From contig JBHLPL010000019.1 of assembly GCA_048939465.1 (NCBI GenBank), positions 1 through 23,226 of the forward strand: 23,226 nt of DNA, read 5' to 3'. This document shows, piece after piece, positions 7,524 through 13,685 of the stretch; within the stretch, counting starts at the first letter, position 1; each line of letters opens with the position of its first letter. A program made the translations under genes and the position numbers. Source of the stretch: Promethearchaeota archaeon. Lineage in GTDB: Archaea > Asgardarchaeota > Odinarchaeia > Odinarchaeales > JBHLKK01. Under the pieces are notes generated by a model, which worked only from the letters and a program-made list of their open reading frames with translations, was not told where the DNA came from and made no database searches.

Positions 7524-7982
7524 TTAAACAACAGCCGGGAGAGAGGCCTGGGCAATTTCTTTCTTCTTGCCTGCTTCCAGTCTTACTTCATTTACTGCTA
7601 TATCAACTATAGCGGGTATATTTCTTTTGAGGTCTCGACACATCATACTCTGCCATGTTTCATTCTTCAGCGTTTTGAAGTCGCTGGACGGAAAGACAAC
7701 ATCAACATTTACGATACACATCTCCCTTTCTTTCCCTTGGGGTTCAGTATCTTGATTCACGCCCAGAGAAGCAGGGATACCTGTCCAGAGTATCTTGGCT
7801 TCATTCCCCAACCTTCTTACTCTGACTACGTCGACTGCCTTTAGCACATCAAGTACATCATATATCCGTCTTTTCTTAGTCAAAGGAATACCAATGCTTT
7901 TGGCAATTTCCAGCGGCGATCTGGCTATATCCTGTGATTTCAAGTAAGATACCACTTTCCTCGACAGTTCAGAGAGTTTCAT
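7524..7982 (-). CDS. E2F/DP-family winged-helix DNA-binding domain protein
   Basis: KLSELSRKVVSYLK...EIAKSIG..KKRRIYDVLDVLKAVDVV...KILWTG carries the RRxYD motif and terminal W-x-G of the E2F_TDP domain. GGAGGGAG SD before ATG. Confidence 0.85.
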   Translation of the reverse strand: MKLSELSRKVVSYLKSQDIARSPLEIAKSIGIPLTKKRRIYDVLDVLKAVDVVRVRRLGNEAKILWTGIPASLGVNQDTEPQGKEREMCIVNVDVVFPSSDFKTLKNETWQSMMCRDLKRNIPAIVDIAVNEVRLEAGKKKEIAQASLPAVV

Positions 7983-8057
7983 GTTGCTCCCTCCTGAGAT
8001 GAAAAAACCTAGTAGGCTAAAACCACAATAGAGGTATAATTAAAAGGTGGTAAACCG

Positions 8058-8066
8058 ATATAAATA
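8058..8066 (-). promoter_or_regulatory. Putative TATA box of the E2F-like gene
   Basis: TATTTATAT on the minus strand in the 153-bp gap between the Rab-like and E2F-like genes. Confidence 0.4.
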
Positions 8067-8135
8067 CCTTACGAAGCGAATAAAATCCTAAATCAGAACC
8101 GGCATCAAACTTGTCCGTCTTTTGAAGACATAAAA

Positions 8136-8675
8136 TCATCTTTCATTCTTTTTGCTTCGGATTCTATTAATGGTTCCCTTTGTTAAGGCTGTAAAAGCTT
8201 CATCAACTTTTTGACCTGTTTTTGCGCTTGTCTCTAGGTATAGCGAACCCAGGGAGTTGGCTAATTTCTCAGCATCCTCCTTACGAACAGCCCTTAGGTC
8301 TTCGAGATCCACCTTATTGCCAACAATTACGGTTGAGACTGCTTTCCCAAGAAATTGGTTAAGCTCATCAATCCAATTCCTTAGATTCTGGAAAGTTTGA
8401 GCTCTGGTTAAGTCATAAACAATAAATGCTCCGGACGCTCCCCTGTAAAAAACATTTCGAAATGACTTGAATCTTTCCTGACCCGCAATGTCCCAAATGG
8501 ACAGTACAGCTATCTCACCGTTCACCTCAACATCCTTAGATAGAATATCTACGCCGATTGTCATCTTGTAATCACTTCTAAATTTGCCTTTGACGAAGCG
8601 TGTCACCAGAGTCGTTTTCCCCACTGCAGCATCTCCCAAGAGCAGTATTTTGAAGTTATAGGTTGGACCGGTCAA
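8136..8675 (-). CDS. Rab-like small GTPase (Ras superfamily)
   Basis: G1 GDAAVGKT, switch I TIGVD, G3 WDIAGQERF, FYRGA, G4 GNKVD, G5 ETSAK. TTG start. No C-terminal cysteine. Confidence 0.96.
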   Translation of the reverse strand: MTGPTYNFKILLLGDAAVGKTTLVTRFVKGKFRSDYKMTIGVDILSKDVEVNGEIAVLSIWDIAGQERFKSFRNVFYRGASGAFIVYDLTRAQTFQNLRNWIDELNQFLGKAVSTVIVGNKVDLEDLRAVRKEDAEKLANSLGSLYLETSAKTGQKVDEAFTALTKGTINRIRSKKNER

Positions 8676-8784
8676 GTTAGAGCCACCAGGAATTTAGAGT
8701 TTTCAATATATCTTCATAGGACAATCATTATATTTTTATCTTTCTCAAACATAATTATAGTCATCAGATACGTGGTGTTCGTAG

Positions 8785-9660
8785 ATGGGAAGTTATACGG
8801 TATCAGAAGATGCTCTTTTGAACCTAGTGGAGGGAATTAATTCCAAACAGGTCGTCAGACTGCTAAGAAGATGGGGTCACAAGATTAAACCAGGGAATCC
8901 GAAAGAGAACAATGCTAAGTTGATTCATAAATACGTTGGCAACTCCATTTCAAATGAACAACTCGAAGATCTATGGCTTTTAAGAGAGCAGCATGTAATC
9001 TTTAAGAAGCTGGGATGGAGGCTATTTGAGCTTGATATGAGAATGAAGAAGATGTCTCCCGAAGCTCTAGAAGAAAGGCTGAATGCGATTCTCAAGGAGG
9101 AAAGACTTACCAAAACCACACGATGCAGAGTATATGATCTTGGCAGGAGGAGTCTCCAGTATGTTAGCTTCATTTTTAAGGAAAGAGACAACATCTTCGA
9201 ATCATGGAAAAGTAAATTCAAAATATTCAAGCCTGTTTGGAAAGCTAGATGCATATTAGATTATGATCATAGTGTTATTAGAGTCAATGCAGAGAATGAT
9301 AACCTCGAAGTGGTTTTGAATATTCTTGGCACGGTCATGGGAGGCAGTCTTAAGAGCATCAGACTCCCTCCGTATATCTTGAAAGAATTAGCGGAAGAAG
9401 ATCTTGTGACAAGAATTGTCCTGCTTTCCTCAACTGAGGTGACCGGTGCAAAAGGCGTGGGCAGAATAGTGTTGGAAGGTAAGGATGTCATGAGGGGAGT
9501 AGAGGAGCTTCGTACAAGACAAGAGATAGATCTCAACAAACTAGGAGTGTTGCTCGAAGTGGGCACAAAATCACTAAAAGCAAATGTTGAAGGGATCGTT
9601 TGGACAGAAGACGAAAACAAAATGAATCGTTTTTTGGAGAAATTCATTAAATCAGACTAA
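8785..9660 (+). CDS. Hypothetical protein; candidate CENP-N/Chl4-like protein
   Basis: The ORF is clearly coding (291 aa, ATG after a GGTG SD). The family call rests only on by-eye alignment to recalled CENP-N/Chl4 sequences (see findings). The confidence value is for the family call. Confidence 0.55.
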   Translation: MGSYTVSEDALLNLVEGINSKQVVRLLRRWGHKIKPGNPKENNAKLIHKYVGNSISNEQLEDLWLLREQHVIFKKLGWRLFELDMRMKKMSPEALEERLNAILKEERLTKTTRCRVYDLGRRSLQYVSFIFKERDNIFESWKSKFKIFKPVWKARCILDYDHSVIRVNAENDNLEVVLNILGTVMGGSLKSIRLPPYILKELAEEDLVTRIVLLSSTEVTGAKGVGRIVLEGKDVMRGVEELRTRQEIDLNKLGVLLEVGTKSLKANVEGIVWTEDENKMNRFLEKFIKSD

Positions 9661-9695
9661 TCAGGATCGAAGTTCAAGAAAATCTTGCGAATATC

Positions 9696-9702
9696 TTTTT
9701 TT
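9696..9702 (+). terminator. Oligo-T terminator candidate
   Basis: T7 run about 35 nt after the stop at 9660. Confidence 0.35.
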
Positions 9703-9858
9703 CAATATTTCAAACCTGCGAAATTCTATTGAAATTATCAGATTTTTTAGATATAAAATATAGAAAATTTTATTAATTAGAACGGTGCATATAGACCAAA
9801 GAAGTTGTTACTGTCAGCGGAAAAAACTCCTTCACACAAAAAAGGTAGGCGGGTTAAT

Positions 9859-10386
9859 TTGGAGTGGAGAGCTTTCTGGAGAAGATTTTGGAGCAATTGG
9901 TATAAGAGTAAAGTGAGGAGCTGGGGTGGTAGCAAGGGATTAATCATCCCATCAGCTATGAGAATTCCAAGAGGACCAGTGCTAATTCAGGAAGAAGGGC
10001 ACGTAATAAAAGTCATTCACTTGGCCATTCCCCTTACTGAATTCGTCGGGTTTGTAAAAGCAAGACTTGAGAACAGCTTGGATCATGACAACGGCCTAGA
10101 CTGGTCAGATGAAGAGATGGAAAATCGACTGACGGAAGTGTTGCTGGCGGTTCGGGCTTTGCAGCAACGATCCTCAAAGGAGTCTTCTGAATTCATTAAG
10201 GACACAGAAGATGTCCGCAGTCTCTTCTCAAGCATGGCCGGATCTATTGAGGCCCATCTGAAACTGTTCAGCAAAACGGATTCAGTATTTGGTAAGACAT
10301 TCCACTGGCAAAGACTTATGGACGAGGTGCAGAACGCCCTAAGTGTTCTCAACGGTCTGTTTGGAAAGATCCAGTACGCACAGTAA
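9859..10386 (+). CDS. AbrB/MazE/SpoVT-like DNA-binding domain protein with helical C-terminal domain
   Basis: SKVRSWGGSKGLIIPSAMRI..GPVLIQEEGHVIKVI matches the AbrB swapped-hairpin pattern KVxxWGNSxGIxIP. Start uncertain (TTG 9805 or TTG 9859). Confidence 0.65.
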   Translation: MEWRAFWRRFWSNWYKSKVRSWGGSKGLIIPSAMRIPRGPVLIQEEGHVIKVIHLAIPLTEFVGFVKARLENSLDHDNGLDWSDEEMENRLTEVLLAVRALQQRSSKESSEFIKDTEDVRSLFSSMAGSIEAHLKLFSKTDSVFGKTFHWQRLMDEVQNALSVLNGLFGKIQYAQ

Positions 10387-10582
10387 GCCCTGAGAGAAAT
10401 TAACTCCTCATCGAGAAATTAACGTAGCTACAGTACATTAATTCTTCGTCGATTATTATATGCAAACACTAAATATTTAAGAGGAGCTGCTATTCTTTTT
10501 TATCAACATAAGAGCATAGGAGGGCGGGGAAGTGTTCCCACGCACCGGACATCCTTGGTAAATCAACAAAAGAGGCAACCTG

Positions 10583-10816
10583 GTGGAAGGCATGTTGTCG
10601 ATAATCAGTAGTATCAACGAAATAGTCCAAGAATATGACGGATTAGTGCAAATCACAAAATCCGGGACGGACTGGTTAGAGACAAGGATACGAACAGAGG
10701 ACCCTGAGAAGAGGATACATGTATTAGTAGCAATGGCGAAGGAACTTGAAAAACAGTACTATAGACCGGTACATGTCTATAGTAATCACGATCGTCACAT
10801 GATTATTATGAAATAA
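10583..10816 (+). CDS. Small hypothetical protein (77 aa)
   Basis: Protein-like composition, GAGG SD-like sequence upstream, followed by a T-rich terminator. Start is GTG 10583 or ATG 10592. Confidence 0.65.
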   Translation: MEGMLSIISSINEIVQEYDGLVQITKSGTDWLETRIRTEDPEKRIHVLVAMAKELEKQYYRPVHVYSNHDRHMIIMK

Positions 10817-10835
10817 ATCAATCTTACCGCCTACC

Positions 10836-10864
10836 TTTTTTTTGCTTTTCTTTTTTTTATTTTC
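10836..10864 (+). terminator. Long T-rich tract between convergent genes
   Basis: TTTTTTTTGCTTTTCTTTTTTTTATTTTC between the stop at 10816 and the opposite-strand stop at 10865. Confidence 0.6.
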
Positions 10865-12457
10865 TTAGGCCTCGTCCTCAAAGGAATCAAATGCATCCTT
10901 AAACATCTTGACAGACCAGACCCAGTCTTTACTACGTCCGCTGTATAGTTGTTTTCCCTGGGGATCCTTCAGAGGAATTGCGCTGTGGACGAAATTCTGC
11001 CGAGTTCTGTAGCAGAGCCGCAGATCAGTGACTTCCTTCAGATTCTCTATGTATTCTCTTAAAATGTAATCTAGATTGGTTAGACTTCCCTTTGGAAGGC
11101 TGCAGAAAGCAGCTAGACTGTTATTTCCTCTCAGATCTCTTAGATGATAAACGTAAACCCTCGGTAGCTCAAGAACACAGGATTCGATCGTTTTGAGGAA
11201 ATGCATATCACCTGTACATTGGAGAAACACAGTCTCATCCAGGCCAACATTAACGAGATGTATATATGGAGAGAAGACGGCTTCTCGTTTGAGTCGCTCG
11301 CGACGCTCATATGTCTGAGATATACTGAGACCAAGCTCATTTGATAGCTGCCTTATAGGATTACTCGCATTAAGTGTGAGTAGGTTCAGTAGCTTCAGAT
11401 CTGTTAAATCGAAATCGATCAAACTTGCTTTTTCAGAGTGTTCATCTGTAGACCCCATATCCCCGGTTACATAAACAGAATAAAGACCTTCTCTAAGCAC
11501 TCTTCTAACCCATAATGCCCAGTTTTCCCAGCCGATATTCCACTCCTTTCTCTCGAAATCATAATTGGACTTGATTGCAAATGATTCTCTTTGGTTTGCT
11601 ACCTCCCAAAGCTCGCCTTCTATTCCATACTTCCTCAGGAGCGAAGACAGTGAATCTACAGCGCCTCCCGGTAGCGAGAAGGAGTAGGTGTTTAGAATTG
11701 TTCCAGCTCTCAGTTCTTGGATGATTTTCATATACGGGAGAAGAGGGAGTTTCTGACGTGTAATCAATATGAGGTTGACAAGCCCGAGCTTTCCGTAGTT
11801 TATTCGAGCGTTGACAGTCAGATAACATCTTCGATGAAGACGTCTTAAGTGGGCTGCAACAGTGTTCCTTGACAGTTTCAACTGCTTTGCAAGTTTCTTT
11901 ATCGAAATCAGGGGGTTTTGATCCATTGCGGAAAGCAAATCCACATCGGTTCTGTCGAGAAACATCCTTTGAGTCGATAGAGCAAGTAAATCCATATACT
12001 GAACTGTTTCCTGAACACTAAGCGGATATTTGTACATATCAAATTTGGCGACTCGCTCTACCATATTAGGCAAAAAAGATCCATCTGTAATATTGTCATA
12101 CCATAGCAAATCAAAAACAGAGCAATAAGTCGTTCCATCTTCGAATTGGATTGTGATTTTCGATTGGTCTGTAGGAGAAGAGTTCGTTTTCCTACACCAT
12201 TCGTTGAGTATTTCGGTCTTTTCTTTTCCACTGAGGATTTTGTACAGAAAGAGGTACGTAAGATCCTGACAGATCTGAGAAGGTAGCATCTCGGGCAGGA
12301 AGTGCTGGAAGATGCTACTCAGTCTTGCCTCCTTATCCAGATCGGCAAAGTCGGCAGGATCTATAGTGATAGCTAGCTCCTTTGTCCCAAGTAGGGACTT
12401 AATCTCTTCTATCTCTGCCGCAATTTCTTCTGCAGTGGGAACTAATGCTAACGTCAT
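10865..12457 (-). CDS. Tandem Lrp/AsnC-type transcription regulator with N-terminal extension
   Basis: Two AsnC-type HTH modules: LDRTDVDLLSAM..NPLISIKKLAKQLKLSRNTVAAHLRRL..NYGKLGL and DLTDLKLLNLLTLNASNPIRQLSNELGLSISQTYERRERLK..VNVGL. Confidence 0.82.
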   Translation of the reverse strand: MTLALVPTAEEIAAEIEEIKSLLGTKELAITIDPADFADLDKEARLSSIFQHFLPEMLPSQICQDLTYLFLYKILSGKEKTEILNEWCRKTNSSPTDQSKITIQFEDGTTYCSVFDLLWYDNITDGSFLPNMVERVAKFDMYKYPLSVQETVQYMDLLALSTQRMFLDRTDVDLLSAMDQNPLISIKKLAKQLKLSRNTVAAHLRRLHRRCYLTVNARINYGKLGLVNLILITRQKLPLLPYMKIIQELRAGTILNTYSFSLPGGAVDSLSSLLRKYGIEGELWEVANQRESFAIKSNYDFERKEWNIGWENWALWVRRVLREGLYSVYVTGDMGSTDEHSEKASLIDFDLTDLKLLNLLTLNASNPIRQLSNELGLSISQTYERRERLKREAVFSPYIHLVNVGLDETVFLQCTGDMHFLKTIESCVLELPRVYVYHLRDLRGNNSLAAFCSLPKGSLTNLDYILREYIENLKEVTDLRLCYRTRQNFVHSAIPLKDPQGKQLYSGRSKDWVWSVKMFKDAFDSFEDEA

Positions 12458-12703
12458 TTTGGGTCATACAGGTGAACATTTTTCCTAGGTATTTTTGTGC
12501 ATTTTTTCGGTATTAAGTTTTTCGGTTGACGCAGTGCGGGTTTTTCTTCCGAAGAAATTGTAGGAAATTACGCTTTCCATAAGACTATTTCCCCTAAATA
12601 AGTCTTTCTAAACGCTTCAATGCAAAAAATGCTTTTTATCGCCCTCAGAAGTTCGTTCAAGCTGTCGCAGTGCTTTTTTCCAACCTAGACAGGGGCGAGG
12701 CAA

Positions 12704-12790
12704 ATGGTCTTTGCGCATTTAAATAAAGATTCGGACAATCTTTACTTACAGTTGACCGAAAGTATTGGACAATCACGGAGGGAGAAATGA
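12704..12790 (+). CDS. Putative small ORF (28 aa, MVFAHLNKDSDNLYLQLTESIGQSRREK)
   Basis: GGGGCGAGG SD-like sequence before the ATG. Its TGA overlaps the next ATG (ATGA). Confidence 0.35.
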   Translation: MVFAHLNKDSDNLYLQLTESIGQSRREK

Positions 12791-13086
12791 ACTTGCCGAA
12801 AAAGCCCGAGACCAAGGAAACGTTCAACGAAGTAATTGGACACCTAAAAGAGATTGTTGCATCCAATAAGATGGGGGCCTCAGCTAGAGAGCTTTCTGAA
12901 AAACTGTACGAGTGCTGGGACCTTTTAAGATACGTTAATGACAACAAGACGATTAGCGATCTATTGACAGAGATCTCTGTGGCGCTTGATGCATGTTTGG
13001 CCGGTTTTTGGAATTGCAGGGATTTTGTTCACTATGCTAAAAGAAAAGGCGTAGTGAATCTGCTAGAGAGTTTCGCAATGAGATAG
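12787..13086 (+). CDS. Small helical hypothetical protein; paralog of 13383..13685
   Basis: GGAGGGAG SD. Shares the LT.xxVxLDAxxA.xxNxxxFVxYxK motif with 13383..13685. Confidence 0.78.
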   Translation: MNLPKKPETKETFNEVIGHLKEIVASNKMGASARELSEKLYECWDLLRYVNDNKTISDLLTEISVALDACLAGFWNCRDFVHYAKRKGVVNLLESFAMR

Positions 13087-13097
13087 GAGAGAGTTTT

Positions 13098-13331
13098 ATG
13101 GAAAGCGAACAGCTTCAAGAGTTTTTTTATGTGCTTGATAGCGTACAGCAAGGAAAAGTCAAGGTAACCTGGGACTCAAGTTCTATTAAATTGAGCTTGT
13201 CAAGAAAGGAAGCACTGAAAGAGATTCTAAAGCCATTTGTTCACGTGTTAGAAACCATAACTGGCGGTAGAGTCATAGCCCTGTCAAAGGAGGGGGAACG
13301 AGAGATTTATATACCAATAAAAGAGTATTGA
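13098..13331 (+). CDS. Small hypothetical protein (77 aa, alpha/beta)
   Basis: GGAG SD, 11-nt gap from the upstream gene, operon-like packing. Confidence 0.72.
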   Translation: MESEQLQEFFYVLDSVQQGKVKVTWDSSSIKLSLSRKEALKEILKPFVHVLETITGGRVIALSKEGEREIYIPIKEY

Positions 13332-13382
13332 AATTTGAGCATTAAGATTTTCTCAATCCAAAACATAAGGAATAGATGCCAT

Positions 13383-13685
13383 ATGAGTGGGCCTCTTGCT
13401 AAAGTCTTAGAGGATATCGCCTTGATATTGAGCAACGATAACCTCTCAGTAAACAAAACGTCGGATGCGTTGAATAAAGCTTGGACGGTCATAGATCAAG
13501 CAAGAGGTGCTGTCAGTGATCCAATTATTAGCAGAATATGCGAGGCTCTTACTAAACTTGCAGTTGTTCTTGATGCGTATAACGCAAAAATGATTAACCT
13601 TGATGCCTTTGTGGGTTATGTCAAAAGCGAAGAAATCCCAAACAGCTTGAATGAATTGGCGTCCACTGTTCGAAATTCATCTTAG
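13383..13685 (+). CDS. Small helical hypothetical protein; paralog of 12787..13086
   Basis: Paralogy with 12787..13086 supports ATG 13383 over TTG 13335. Its stop overlaps the rps7 stop by 4 nt. Confidence 0.75.
   Translation: MSGPLAKVLEDIALILSNDNLSVNKTSDALNKAWTVIDQARGAVSDPIISRICEALTKLAVVLDAYNAKMINLDAFVGYVKSEEIPNSLNELASTVRNSS

Noticed and set aside
9805-10816. Type II toxin-antitoxin pair (AbrB antitoxin plus downstream 77-aa gene)
   Set aside because: The genes are 196 bp apart with a separate promoter-like element, and the 77-aa protein shows no PIN, MazF or RelE motifs.
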